Origin: Vicinamibacterales bacterium
GTDB taxonomy: Bacteria > Acidobacteriota > Vicinamibacteria > Vicinamibacterales > UBA2999
Assembly (NCBI GenBank): GCA_041394705.1
Contig: JAWKHS010000025.1
Coordinates: forward strand, 6,157 to 70,156
Length of the DNA stretch: 64,000 bases
Direction: 5' to 3'
This document shows positions 1-11,202 of this stretch, piece by piece. A program made the translations under genes and the position numbers. The notes beneath the pieces were generated by a model. That model ran no database searches and was not told the origin of the DNA. It saw nothing but the letters and a program-made list of their open reading frames with translations. Position 1 is the stretch's first letter. Every line of letters starts with the position of its first letter.

Positions 1-177
1 CTCCACGCACTCGACGTTGGCGGCCCGCAGGTCGAACGCCGCGTGCGCGCGGGCGTCCACGAAGCACCGGAACCGCCATTCCGGCGCGGCGGCGGCCATC
101 GCGGGCAGGAGCTCGCGCGTGAAGCGGCCGTAGCCGCGGGCGTTGGCCCAGCACGTGGCGTCCACGCCCACAGTCAT
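1..177 (-). CDS. glycosyltransferase (GT-B, group 1/GT4-like), N-terminal fragment; gene continues past the left edge
   Basis: Reverse-strand ATG at 177 opens MTVGVDATCWANARGYGRFTRELLPAMAAAAPEWRFRCFVDARAH..., a typical group-1 glycosyltransferase N-terminus. Absent from the ORF track only because it is cut by the window edge. Confidence 0.55.
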   Translation of the reverse strand, partial: MTVGVDATCWANARGYGRFTRELLPAMAAAAPEWRFRCFVDARAHAAFDLRAANVECVE

Positions 178-236
178 CGCGGGACGTCCCTGGTCAGCGC
201 CGAGCGCCGGCGGCCGATGGTGGCCCGGTGCGCGCA

Positions 237-1709
237 CTACGCACCTGCGCCCACCGCGACCTTGGGCGATTCGAGCTTCTGCTCCTCGTGGTACTCGAAG
301 TCCGTGTTCACTTCCCAGATGTCGTGCGACGCGCCCTGCATGTTCTGCACGGCCATCATCGCCGTCAGCATCGAATGGTCCTGGTTGTTGTACTTGTGCA
401 TGCCGTTCCGGCCGACGGTATGCAGGTTGACCATCGGGTCGATGTAGGCGCGGACGCCGTCGAGATGCTGCCGGTAGGTGGAGTCGTAGATGGGGTAGGC
501 CTTGGGCATCCGGATGACCGCGCCGTCCTTGACGTCCGCCGCCCGGGCCAGGCCCAGCGCCTCGAGCTCCCGGGCGGCCTGCGCGACGAGGTCGGCGTCG
601 GGGCTCTCCCAGAGACCGTCACCCTTGAAGCAGAAGTACTCCATGCCGAGGCAGGTCGTGCCGGGCTCGGGCACCATGGCCTTCGACCAGTTGTTGAAGT
701 TCTGGATGCGCCCCACCTTCACGCCGGGCGTGTGGATGTAGATCCAGTTGTCCGGGAACAGGTCCTCCTTGTCGAGCATCAGGGCGACGACGAGGAAGTC
801 GCGGTACTTCAAGCCCTCCGCGTCCGCCTTCACGGCGGGCGGCACGGCCGGATCGAAGGCCCGGACCAGGGAGCGCACGGGCATGGTCGAAAAGAAGTGC
901 TCGGCCTCGAACCGCCGCTCGCCCTCGGGGGTGGCCGCGCGTACGGCCACGATGCGATCGCCGCGGCGCTCGATGCCCGTGACGTAGTGGCCGAGGAGGA
1001 CCCGGCCGCCGAGCGCCTCGATCTTGCGCGCGCACGCCTCCCACATCTGGCCTGGGCCCAGGCGCGGGTACTGGAACTCGTGGATGAGCGTCTTGATGTC
1101 GGTGGAGCGCCGGTTCAGCGCGGTGGCGTTCAGGATGGCCTTGGCGAGCGACAGGCCCTGGATGCGCTGGGCCGCCCACTCCGCGCGGATTTCGGTGCAC
1201 GGGATGCCCCACACCTTCTCGGTGTAGGTCTTGAAGAAGATCTCGAACAGCCGCTTGCCGAAGCGGTTGGTGACCCACTGCTCGAAGTTCTCTTCGACCG
1301 GGTAGGGCTTGTAGTGCCACCAGAGGTAGCTCAGGAAGATGCGGATCGCGTTGAACGGTCCGAGGCCCGAGAGCGCGTTGCCGGCCTTGAGCGGATAGTC
1401 GAAGAACTTGCCGTTGTAGTGGATGCGCGACAGGCGCGGCACCGAGATGAACTCGGACTCGAGGATTTCGTGCCACAAGGCCTCGACCGGGGCGATCTTC
1501 GTGAAGAACCGGTGCCCGCCGATGTCGAACCGGTAGCCCTTGTACTGCGCAGTGCGCGAGATGCCGCCCAGGATGTCATCGGCCTCGAGGACCGTGACGG
1601 GCCATCCCATCTTCGCCATCTGGTACGCTGCGGTGAGCCCCGCGGGGCCCCCGCCAATGACGACCACCCGGTCACCTGCCGCGTACTGGGCGACGGTGCG
1701 CGCTGCCAT
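237..1709 (-). CDS. FAD/NAD(P)-binding oxidoreductase, UDP-galactopyranose-mutase/amine-oxidase fold (Glf-like)
   Basis: 490-aa ORF. Rossmann motif VVVIGGGPAGLTAAYQ. C-terminal VGRNGMHKYNNQDHSM resembles the Glf-type C-terminus. SD-like GGAGAGGAG lies upstream of the ATG at 1709. Clear paralogue of 13730..15154. Confidence 0.88.
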   Translation of the reverse strand: MAARTVAQYAAGDRVVVIGGGPAGLTAAYQMAKMGWPVTVLEADDILGGISRTAQYKGYRFDIGGHRFFTKIAPVEALWHEILESEFISVPRLSRIHYNGKFFDYPLKAGNALSGLGPFNAIRIFLSYLWWHYKPYPVEENFEQWVTNRFGKRLFEIFFKTYTEKVWGIPCTEIRAEWAAQRIQGLSLAKAILNATALNRRSTDIKTLIHEFQYPRLGPGQMWEACARKIEALGGRVLLGHYVTGIERRGDRIVAVRAATPEGERRFEAEHFFSTMPVRSLVRAFDPAVPPAVKADAEGLKYRDFLVVALMLDKEDLFPDNWIYIHTPGVKVGRIQNFNNWSKAMVPEPGTTCLGMEYFCFKGDGLWESPDADLVAQAARELEALGLARAADVKDGAVIRMPKAYPIYDSTYRQHLDGVRAYIDPMVNLHTVGRNGMHKYNNQDHSMLTAMMAVQNMQGASHDIWEVNTDFEYHEEQKLESPKVAVGAGA

Positions 1710-2129
1710 TCCTGCTCCTCTCCACCACCCATGCGCGGACGGCCCGGTGGCCGGCCGGCAGCGGGGGAACTCCGCCCGGCACGACCGGGTGACGGGCCAG
1801 GCCCGCCATCGCCGGGCACGCCGTGTCCACCGCGGGGCGCGAAGAGCCGCCGCGAGGGTCCGGCGCTTTATGCGTGCAGATCGTGTGCCACAATGGCAGC
1901 GTCAGCGCGAGTTCAAAGTCTATCTGAAGAGCGACAAAAGTGCGCTTCGGCCTGAATCGTCGACTTTCAGCGCTCGTGCGGCCGCCAAGGCGAGCGGCGC
2001 GGCGCACGTCCGCGAGGGGGGCGTCGCCGGCACGCCGCTTCACGGTTTGACGGCGCCGGGCGTGGTCGTGACAGCCGGGCGCCTTACGACGGGCGCTCCA
2101 GGGGCCGATACCAGCGGACGGACAGTGAC

Positions 2130-3200
2130 GTGAGCGCGCCAGTCATCACCACCGTCATCGTCCCGTTCCACCGCGACGTCGCGATGCTCCGCCGCGTCCT
2201 GGAGCCGTTCCGGCATCGAGCGGCCACCACCGAGCTGCTCGTGGCGGCCGACGGCCCGGTGGAGCACTGGGAGCCGGTGGCCGACGAGTTCGGGGCCGTG
2301 CGCATCCACTGGCCCACCGCCTGCGGGCCGGCCGTTGCGAGAAACCGCGCCGCCAGCGTCGCGGCCGGCCGCTATCTCCTGTTCGTGGACGGCGACGTGA
2401 TCGCCGAGCGGGGCGTCGTCGACCGGGTGGAGCGGTTCTTCGACGCCAACCCCGGCGCCGTCGGGGTGTTCGGGGCGTACGACGAGGCACCCGAGGCGCC
2501 AGGGTTCATGTCGCAGTACCGCAACCTGCAGCATCGCTTCGTTCACCTCCAGGGGGCCGGCGAGGCGCGCACGTTCTGGGCGGGGCTCGGCGCCGTCGCG
2601 GCAGGGGCGTTCCGGGCCATCGGCGGCTACGACGAGCGGTTCCGCCGTCCGTCGGTCGAGGACATCGACCTGGGCTACCGCCTGACCCGGACGGGTGGAC
2701 GGATCGTCATCGACCCTGGGCTGAACGGCAAGCACCTGAAGCGCTGGACCGTGCGATCGGTAATCGTGTCCGACGTCCGCGACCGCGGCGTGCCGTGGAC
2801 GCAGCTCATCCAGCGATACGGCATGTCCGCCGATCTGAACCTGGGCTGGGCGCTCCGGGCCTCGGTCGTGTGCGCCTACGTGTGCGCCATCTGCCTGGTC
2901 GCCGGCGTGTGGATGCGGTGGGCGTGGTGGGTGCTCCCGCTGCCGCTCGCGGGGCTCCTCGCGCTGAACGCCCCCTACTACGGCTACTTCCTACGCCTTC
3001 GCGGCGCGCTCTTCGCGGGTGGCGCCGTCGTGGCGCATGCCGTGCACCACCTGTGCAACGGCGTCTCGTACGTCGTCGGTCGCGCGCTCTACACGGCCGG
3101 CAGGCGCTTCGGCGTCACGACGCCCTGGACGCTGCCGATCGAGCCCGCGGCCGAGCAGCCGATTCCGCGCTGGAGCCCCGACGGGGCGTCGGCCCCATGA
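2130..3200 (+). CDS. family 2 glycosyltransferase with C-terminal membrane helices
   Basis: 356 aa. GT-A signatures VIVPFHRD, ARNRAA, FVDGDV (DxD), IGGYDERF. Hydrophobic C-terminal third. Stop overlaps the next start (ATGA at 3197-3200). Confidence 0.85.
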   Translation: MSAPVITTVIVPFHRDVAMLRRVLEPFRHRAATTELLVAADGPVEHWEPVADEFGAVRIHWPTACGPAVARNRAASVAAGRYLLFVDGDVIAERGVVDRVERFFDANPGAVGVFGAYDEAPEAPGFMSQYRNLQHRFVHLQGAGEARTFWAGLGAVAAGAFRAIGGYDERFRRPSVEDIDLGYRLTRTGGRIVIDPGLNGKHLKRWTVRSVIVSDVRDRGVPWTQLIQRYGMSADLNLGWALRASVVCAYVCAICLVAGVWMRWAWWVLPLPLAGLLALNAPYYGYFLRLRGALFAGGAVVAHAVHHLCNGVSYVVGRALYTAGRRFGVTTPWTLPIEPAAEQPIPRWSPDGASAP

Positions 3201-4876
3201 CGCCGGCGCCGTCGCAGGCTCCAGGCCGTCCGTCGCGCCGCCGCGTCCCGCTGCCGCTGCTCGGCTGCCTGCTCGTGGCGGTCTGGCTGGCCGGGGTGAG
3301 GCTCGGGGACGAACACTACGTGTCGCTCCAGGGTGACATGCCGCGTCACCTCATGAACGGCGTGTTCTTCCTCGACCTGCTGCGCGACCTGCCGTCACCC
3401 TCGGAAGCGTTCGAGTACGCCCGCTACTATTACGCCCGCTACCCGGCACTGTCCCTCGGGCACCACCCCTTCCTCATCGCGCTGGCGGAGGTGCCGGCAT
3501 TCGCCCTGTTCGGCGTGTCGGTGACGAGCGGCCGACTGGTGTCGCTCGGCTTCTTCCTCCTCGGCCTCGTCTACATGTACAAGCTCGCGGCCGAGCTCTT
3601 CGACGACGAGTGGGCGGGCGCGGCGGCCGCGCTGACGATGGCGACGAGCGCCATCCTGGTCGAGCTCGCGCAGAGCGTCATGACCGAGCTCCCGGCCTTG
3701 TCCCTCATCACGGGCGCGGCCTACCACTGCCACCGCTTCGCGGAGGACAAGCGCTCGCGGTCCATCGTCGCCGCCACGCTGCTCGCGGCGGCGGCCGTCT
3801 GGGCCAAGCAGATCGCGGCCATCGCCGTCCCGGCCCTGGCGATCCACGTCTGGTGGCGGGTGGGATGGCGCCGCCTGCTGCGCGCCGACGTCCTCGGCTC
3901 CGCCGCGGCCGCGGCCCTCATCGCCGCGCCGCTCGTGCCCATCACGCTGTATCTCTCGCCGTTCAACATGGCGCTCGCGAGCGGGCTCGCCCAGTCGGTC
4001 GGCGAGTCGGGCCGGATGCGCCTGGCCCTGTGGGCGGTGGACACCGCGGCCGCCGCCCACTTCTCGCCCCTCGTGCTCGGCGCGGCGACCGTCGGCATCG
4101 TGGCCATGTTGGCCAGACGCCACGCCGCCACCGGTCTGGTCCTCGTGTGGATCCTCACCACGGCGGCGTTCCTGGCGCTCGTCGCCTTCTCGCTGGACCC
4201 GGCCCGCCTGTCGATCTACTGGATCCCGGCCTGGGCCCTCGGCGTCGGCGCCCTGGCGTCGCCGCTGCTCGGGCGAGGCCGCGTGGTCGCCGGGCTCGCG
4301 GCGGCCGGCGCCGTGGCCGTGCAGGCCGTCGGTGCCAGCCAGGTACGGCTGCCCGGGCTGGACGGGTACGAGGCGGCGGCCGCGCACGTCGTGGCGGAGC
4401 CGCGCGGATCGACCGTCCTGTTCGCGGGCGACGTCGACACCGGCTTCTTCACCTTCTTCGTCCGCAAGCACGACCCGGCGCGCCGAACCGTCGTCTTGCG
4501 CGCGGACAAGGTGCTGACCACGTCGTTCATGGGATCCGTCGCCGCCGAGGACCGCGTGTCGAGCCCGGCCGAGGTGCGGGACACGCTCGTCAGGTTCGGC
4601 GTCGGCTACGTGGTGATCGAGGATCGGCCCAGCGAGTCCACCGTCCACAACTGGCTGCGCGACGAGTTGCGCACCCCCGGCTACGTCGAGCGCATGCGCC
4701 TGCCCGTGCATTCGAGCGATCGGCGGCTTCGCGACGGGACCGCGCTGGTCGTCTACGAGGTGCGCGATGCGAGGCCCGCGCGCCCCGACGCGCGCCTCGA
4801 CATCCGCCTCCCGCTCGTCTCGCAGCAGATCGACATCCCGGTGAGCGATCTCATCGCCCGCAAGTATCTGCGCTGA
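3197..4876 (+). CDS. polytopic GT-C glycosyltransferase, ArnT/PMT (GT39/GT83)-like
   Basis: In-frame ATG 3197 inside track ORF 2795..4876; the upstream part is Arg-rich and overlaps the GT2 gene. 559 aa, many TM helices, then a soluble C-terminal domain. Confidence 0.78.
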   Translation: MTPAPSQAPGRPSRRRVPLPLLGCLLVAVWLAGVRLGDEHYVSLQGDMPRHLMNGVFFLDLLRDLPSPSEAFEYARYYYARYPALSLGHHPFLIALAEVPAFALFGVSVTSGRLVSLGFFLLGLVYMYKLAAELFDDEWAGAAAALTMATSAILVELAQSVMTELPALSLITGAAYHCHRFAEDKRSRSIVAATLLAAAAVWAKQIAAIAVPALAIHVWWRVGWRRLLRADVLGSAAAAALIAAPLVPITLYLSPFNMALASGLAQSVGESGRMRLALWAVDTAAAAHFSPLVLGAATVGIVAMLARRHAATGLVLVWILTTAAFLALVAFSLDPARLSIYWIPAWALGVGALASPLLGRGRVVAGLAAAGAVAVQAVGASQVRLPGLDGYEAAAAHVVAEPRGSTVLFAGDVDTGFFTFFVRKHDPARRTVVLRADKVLTTSFMGSVAAEDRVSSPAEVRDTLVRFGVGYVVIEDRPSESTVHNWLRDELRTPGYVERMRLPVHSSDRRLRDGTALVVYEVRDARPARPDARLDIRLPLVSQQIDIPVSDLIARKYLR

Positions 4877-4878
4877 GC

Positions 4879-4892
4879 GGCGCTTCGGCGCT
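4879..4892 (+). terminator. small GC hairpin with UUCG loop just after the GT-C stop (possible terminator or processing site)
   Basis: ggcgc-ttcg-gcgct immediately 3' of the TGA at 4874-4876. No U tract follows. Confidence 0.2.
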
Positions 4893-4915
4893 ACCATGGA
4901 ACGGGAGGCCGTTCC

Positions 4916-6919
4916 GTGATCGTCGTCCGTCCCAGCCTCACGGCGACTGTCGCGCTGGCAGTCGTCGGCCTGACCGGCCTGCCGTTTGCGCAGTCGCCGT
5001 CTCCCGGCGCTCCGCCCGTGAGACTCGACGTCCTCGTCGAGCAGGACGGCCGGGCCGTCACGGATCTCACCCAGGCGGATTTCGAGGTGCTGGAGGACAA
5101 CGTCCCCCAGCCGCTCTCGTCGTTCGAGCTCATCCGGCCGGTGTCGGATGCGGCGGCGCCCGGCGGGGCAGCGCCCGCGCCGGCGCGCGACGCCCGGCGG
5201 TTCGTGCTGTTCCTCGACACCCTGCACGCGCGGCGCCAGGAGCGGGCTCCGACGCCCACCCCGGTCGGCGACCTGCTGGATCGTGTCGTGGGGGAGCGGG
5301 ATCTGGTCGGCGTGATGACGCCCGAGATGTCGGCGCGGAACATGACCTTCTCGCCGCGCACCGCGCCGATCCCGGCCATGATGGGCGCATCGTGGGCCTG
5401 GGGGGACCGTCCCGATCCCCACGAGGCCGACCTCCACGCCTGCTATCCCGATCGCGGCGACACGGCGGGCCTGGCCGACGCGCTCATCGCGCGCCGCCGC
5501 GAGCGGCAGACGCTCGAGGCCCTGAACGACCTGAGCGATGAGATCGAGTCCCTCGACGGCGAGCGGACCTACGTGTTCCTGCTGAGCGACGGCTGGACGC
5601 TCCCGTCGCCCGACGAGCACCTTGCGCGCGCCCTCACGCCCCCGCGCCGGGCCGCCGAAGGGGCCCGCGGCGCCAAGGCGCCCGCGTCGGACCCGCCGCC
5701 CGACGATGCCGCCGGGCCGAGCTTGTGGTGCGAACGCGAGCGCTCGCTCGTCGCGCTGGCGGACCTGTCGATGGAATTCCGGCTGATGCTGCAGCGGGCG
5801 AACCGCGCCCTGATCAGTTTCTATCCGGTGGAGCCCCGTAGCCTGTCGCTGTCCGATGCGCCGGCCCCGGAGCGGCCCGCGCCCGACGTGCGCGGCGACG
5901 CCCGCCGCCGCGGGGCGCTCCGCGATCTGGCCGCGGACACCGTCGGCGCCGTGATCTCGTCCGAGGCGGCGGGGGCCGCCGAGGCACGACTGTCCGGTGA
6001 CGTGGGGCCGTACTACCTGCTGGGCTACGCGCCGACCAACGCGAAGCCGGACGGCCGGTATCGACGGCTCACCGTGCGGGTGCGGCGTCCGGGCGCGACC
6101 GTCCGCACGCGCGCGGGCTACCTGGCGGCCTCCGCGCGCCAGGCGGGTCCGCCATCGTCTCCGTCGGCACTGGGCACCTCGTCGTCGACCCGTCCCGGGC
6201 CGTCCACGTCGGCGGGGGGCGCCCTGTCACGGCTGCCCGTCTCCCGTCGCCCGCCTCCGATCTACCTCCAGGCGGGAGGCGGCCGCGGCGATATCGCGGT
6301 GGTCGTCGAACTCGACCGCGCCACCGCGGCCCAGCCGGAGTGGTCGAAGGGGGGCGAGATGGTGGTCGAGGTGGAGCCCGCCGATGGCACCGGCCGCCGC
6401 GGAGCGTCGGTCAAGGCAACGCTCGAGCCGGGACAACGGATCCATGCCTTCACCCTTCCCGAGGGCGAGACGCTCAGGCCCGGACGGTATCAGGTGCGTG
6501 TCAGCGCGGGGACGTCCAGCGGGCGGGCTGGCATCACCGCGGGGACCATCGTGGACGTCCCGGGCCCCGCGGCGCTGCTCGGCAGCGCACCGACGGCCTC
6601 GCGTCGCGGACCCGGCACGGGCCGGACCTACGAGCCCACGGCCGATCCACGGTTCCGCCGCACCGAGCGCCTGTCCCTGACGGTGGCCAAGCTGGCGGCC
6701 GACGCGACGGTCACGGGCCGCCTGCTGAACGCGGCCGAGCAGCCCATGCGGGTGCCCGTCGCGGTCACGGACCGGGTCGACGAAGCCAGCCGGAGCCGCG
6801 TCGTCGTCGCCGACGTGGCGTTCGCGCCGCTGGCCGCCGGTGACTACGTGCTGGAGCTGACCGCGACCTCCGGCAGCCTCACCGAAACGCTGGTCTACGC
6901 CGTCCGCATCGTGAATTGA
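4916..6919 (+). CDS. secreted VWA-domain protein, acidobacterial TIGR03436-like
   Basis: 667 aa. GTG start 7 nt after GGGAGG (4903-4908). Signal peptide. N-terminal VRLDVLVEQDGRAVTDLTQADFEVLEDNVPQ block and FVLFLDTLH typical of the VWFA-related acidobacterial family. Confidence 0.82.
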   Translation: MIVVRPSLTATVALAVVGLTGLPFAQSPSPGAPPVRLDVLVEQDGRAVTDLTQADFEVLEDNVPQPLSSFELIRPVSDAAAPGGAAPAPARDARRFVLFLDTLHARRQERAPTPTPVGDLLDRVVGERDLVGVMTPEMSARNMTFSPRTAPIPAMMGASWAWGDRPDPHEADLHACYPDRGDTAGLADALIARRRERQTLEALNDLSDEIESLDGERTYVFLLSDGWTLPSPDEHLARALTPPRRAAEGARGAKAPASDPPPDDAAGPSLWCERERSLVALADLSMEFRLMLQRANRALISFYPVEPRSLSLSDAPAPERPAPDVRGDARRRGALRDLAADTVGAVISSEAAGAAEARLSGDVGPYYLLGYAPTNAKPDGRYRRLTVRVRRPGATVRTRAGYLAASARQAGPPSSPSALGTSSSTRPGPSTSAGGALSRLPVSRRPPPIYLQAGGGRGDIAVVVELDRATAAQPEWSKGGEMVVEVEPADGTGRRGASVKATLEPGQRIHAFTLPEGETLRPGRYQVRVSAGTSSGRAGITAGTIVDVPGPAALLGSAPTASRRGPGTGRTYEPTADPRFRRTERLSLTVAKLAADATVTGRLLNAAEQPMRVPVAVTDRVDEASRSRVVVADVAFAPLAAGDYVLELTATSGSLTETLVYAVRIVN

Positions 6920-6964
6920 CCGCGGGCGGCACCCCGGCGGTCCCGCTCGGGACGCGAGCTCGCG

Positions 6965-8962
<1,998 letters not shown>

Positions 8963-8989
8963 AGGCGGCGATGGTAGCGCAGTCTCGTC

Positions 8990-9013
8990 TTTACCGGCTT
9001 CACCGGTTTGCCG
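8990..9013. repeat. three tandem imperfect 8-9 nt repeats in the OPT/rex divergent intergenic region
   Basis: TTTACCGG-CTTCACCGG-TTTGCCG read directly, followed by TATTCT (9014-9019) 4 nt before the rex ATG. Confidence 0.3.
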
Positions 9014-9023
9014 TATTCTGGCG

Positions 9024-9695
9024 ATGCTTGTGAATTCTCAGAACAAGCGGAAGGCCGCCGCCGATCAGGTCTCTGAGCTCACGACCGGCCGCCTGTCCGT
9101 GTATCTCCGGTGCCTCACGCAGCTCGAGGCCGACGGCGTCGAGACGACGTCGTCGCAGGCGCTGGCCGAGCGCTTCCACCTGAACGCCGCGCAGATCCGC
9201 AAGGACCTGGCCTACTTCGGGGAGTTCGGCGTGCGCGGCGTCGGCTACTACGTCAAGGACCTGAAGCTGCAGCTGCGGCGCATCCTGGGCCTCGACCGCA
9301 AGCTGAAGGTGGCGGTGATGGGCGCGGGCAACCTCGGCATGGCGCTCGCCGACTATCCGGGGTTCCGCCGCGAGGGCTTCGAGATCGTGGCGATGTTCGA
9401 CAGCGCCGAGCAGAAGATCGGCGTTCGATCGCGCGCCGGCGTGCCCATCCACGACATCCGGGACATCCGCAAGGTGTTGAAGAAGGAGCACGTGGACATC
9501 GTCGTGCTCGCGGTGCCGGCCGAGTCCGCCCAGCACGTGCTCGACCAGGTGGCGGGGAGCGGCGTGAAGGCCGTGCTGAACTTCTCGCCCGGCTCCCTGC
9601 GGGTGCCGGACGGCATCAAGCTGAAGAGCGTCGACCTGACCGTGTCGCTCGAGGGCCTCTCGTTCTTCCTGGCCCAGGGCGACGCGGCGTCCTGA
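9024..9695 (+). CDS. rex: redox-sensing transcriptional repressor Rex
   Basis: 223 aa. Winged-helix segment RLSVYLRCL, signature FGEFGVRGVGYYV, Rossmann VAVMGAGNLG. Confidence 0.92.
   Translation: MLVNSQNKRKAAADQVSELTTGRLSVYLRCLTQLEADGVETTSSQALAERFHLNAAQIRKDLAYFGEFGVRGVGYYVKDLKLQLRRILGLDRKLKVAVMGAGNLGMALADYPGFRREGFEIVAMFDSAEQKIGVRSRAGVPIHDIRDIRKVLKKEHVDIVVLAVPAESAQHVLDQVAGSGVKAVLNFSPGSLRVPDGIKLKSVDLTVSLEGLSFFLAQGDAAS
9027..9047. promoter_or_regulatory. Rex-operator-like imperfect palindrome overlapping the first rex codons
   Basis: cTTGTGAAttctcagAACAAg. The left half-site TTGTGAA is perfect relative to the TTGTGAA-N4-TTCACAA consensus. The right half matches only ACAA and is offset by 1 nt. 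Confidence 0.2.
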
Positions 9696-9724
9696 CTCGT
9701 TTCCACGCCAGGGAAGGAGAGCCC

Positions 9725-10222
9725 ATGCCCGCGCCGGCGCGACTCACGCATGCGGACGCCCACGGCCGCCTCCGGATGGTGGACGTCGGCGACAAGCCCG
9801 ACTCGGCTCGCGAGGCCGTGGCCTCCGGCCACGTCCTGCTGTCGGCCGCGACCCGTCGGGCCGTGCGCGCGGGGCGCCTGAAGAAGGGCGACCCCCTCCA
9901 GGCGGCGCGGCTGGCCGGCATCATGGCGGCCAAGCACACCGCGTCGATCGTGCCCTTGTGCCACCCCCTGCCGCTCACGGGCATCGACGTCGAGCTCACC
10001 CACACCGCGCGCGGGATCGCGATCCGCGCGGCCGTCCGGACCCAGGGGAAGACCGGCGTCGAGATGGAGGCCCTCACCGCGGTAGCCGCGGCGGCGCTCA
10101 CCGTCTACGACATGCTCAAGGCCATCGACAAGGGCATGGTCATCGAGCGCATTCAACTCGACGAGAAGCGCGGCGGCCGGTCCGGCGAGTTCCGACGGAC
10201 CGCGCGCCCCGGGCGCCGGTGA
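9725..10222 (+). CDS. moaC: cyclic pyranopterin monophosphate synthase MoaC
   Basis: In-frame ATG 9725 preceded by GGAAGGAGAG. 165 aa. MVDVGDK, PLCHPLPL and GVEMEALTA motifs. The upstream part of track ORF 9110..10222 overlaps rex and is discarded. Confidence 0.94.
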   Translation: MPAPARLTHADAHGRLRMVDVGDKPDSAREAVASGHVLLSAATRRAVRAGRLKKGDPLQAARLAGIMAAKHTASIVPLCHPLPLTGIDVELTHTARGIAIRAAVRTQGKTGVEMEALTAVAAAALTVYDMLKAIDKGMVIERIQLDEKRGGRSGEFRRTARPGRR

Positions 10223-11202
10223 CGGTCCTCGTCTCGATCCGCCAGCCGGTCGAGGCCTGGCAGATTCCCGACGACGCCGTCGCGCGCCTGCGAACGCTCC
10301 TGCCCGACCACGAGGTCCTGCATGCGACCACGCCCGCCGAACGGGAGGCCGGGCTGGCGTCGTGCGACGTCGCCTTCACGTGGGTGCTCGACCAGGCCGA
10401 GCTGGCGCGGGCGCCGCGGCTCCGCTGGGTCCACACGTCGGCTGTCGCCGTGGGCACGCTGTGCCTCGACGCGCTCGCCGCGCGCGGCGTGGCCGTGTCG
10501 AATTCCCGCGGCATCCAGTCCACGCCAATCGCCGAGCACGTCCTCGCGTTGCTGCTGGCGATGACGCGCCGGCTGCCGCTCGCATTCGAGCGGCAACGGC
10601 AGGCCCGGTGGTCGCAGCACGAGTTCGGCGGGCCGCTGCTCCCGTCGGTCCTGCGCGGACGGACGCTCGGTCTCGTGGGCCTGGGGTCGATCGGGACCGA
10701 GGTCGCGCGGCTGGCGACGGCCTTCGGCATGCGCGTGGTCGCGACCCGGCGTGACCCGTCGCGCCCGGTGCCGCAGGGCGTGGAGCGGGTGTGGGGACCG
10801 GAGGGGCTCGACGCGCTGCTGGCCGAGGCGGACGTGGTCGTCGTGGCGGCGCCGCTCACGGGGGAGACCGACGCGCTCCTCGACCGGGCGCGCCTGGGAC
10901 GGATGAAGCCCGGGGCGCGGCTCGTGAACATCGCGCGCGGTCAGCTGGTGGACGGCCAGGCGCTGGCCGACGCGGTGGCCGCGGGCAGGCTCGCCGGCGC
11001 CGCGCTCGACGTGTTCGCCGAGGAGCCGCTGCCACCGGAGTCCCCGCTGTGGCACACGCCGCACGTGATCGTCACGCCGCACACCTCGGGCTTCCGGGCC
11101 GGCCATTGGTTCGAGGTGGTCGATCTCTTCGCCCGGAACGTCCGGCGGTGGGAGCGCGGCACGCCCCTGCTGTGGGCGGTCGATCCCGCGCGTGGCTACT
11201 GA
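10219..11202 (+). CDS. NAD-dependent D-2-hydroxyacid dehydrogenase family protein
   Basis: GTG 10219 overlaps the moaC stop (GTGA). 327 aa. GLVGLGSIGTEVA NAD motif, NIARG, TPHTSG. Confidence 0.88.
   Translation: MTVLVSIRQPVEAWQIPDDAVARLRTLLPDHEVLHATTPAEREAGLASCDVAFTWVLDQAELARAPRLRWVHTSAVAVGTLCLDALAARGVAVSNSRGIQSTPIAEHVLALLLAMTRRLPLAFERQRQARWSQHEFGGPLLPSVLRGRTLGLVGLGSIGTEVARLATAFGMRVVATRRDPSRPVPQGVERVWGPEGLDALLAEADVVVVAAPLTGETDALLDRARLGRMKPGARLVNIARGQLVDGQALADAVAAGRLAGAALDVFAEEPLPPESPLWHTPHVIVTPHTSGFRAGHWFEVVDLFARNVRRWERGTPLLWAVDPARGY

Noticed and set aside
1894-1909. Sigma-54-like TGGCAG-N5-GCGC element in the first divergent intergenic region.
   Set aside because: Only the GG-N10-GC spacing and the TGGCA half fit. 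The -12 TTGC element is missing, and no enhancer-binding-protein gene is nearby.
3395-5620. 741-aa reverse-strand ORF antisense to the GT-C and VWA genes.
   Set aside because: Extremely Arg/Gly/Pro/Asp-rich with no recognisable domain. It overlaps two well-supported plus-strand genes and is a typical off-frame artefact of stop-codon-poor GC-rich DNA.
9110-9724. N-terminal extension of moaC (track ORF 9110..10222) overlapping rex.
   Set aside because: Arg/Gly/Pro junk in an alternative frame of rex. A strong SD precedes the internal ATG at 9725, which gives a normal-length MoaC.
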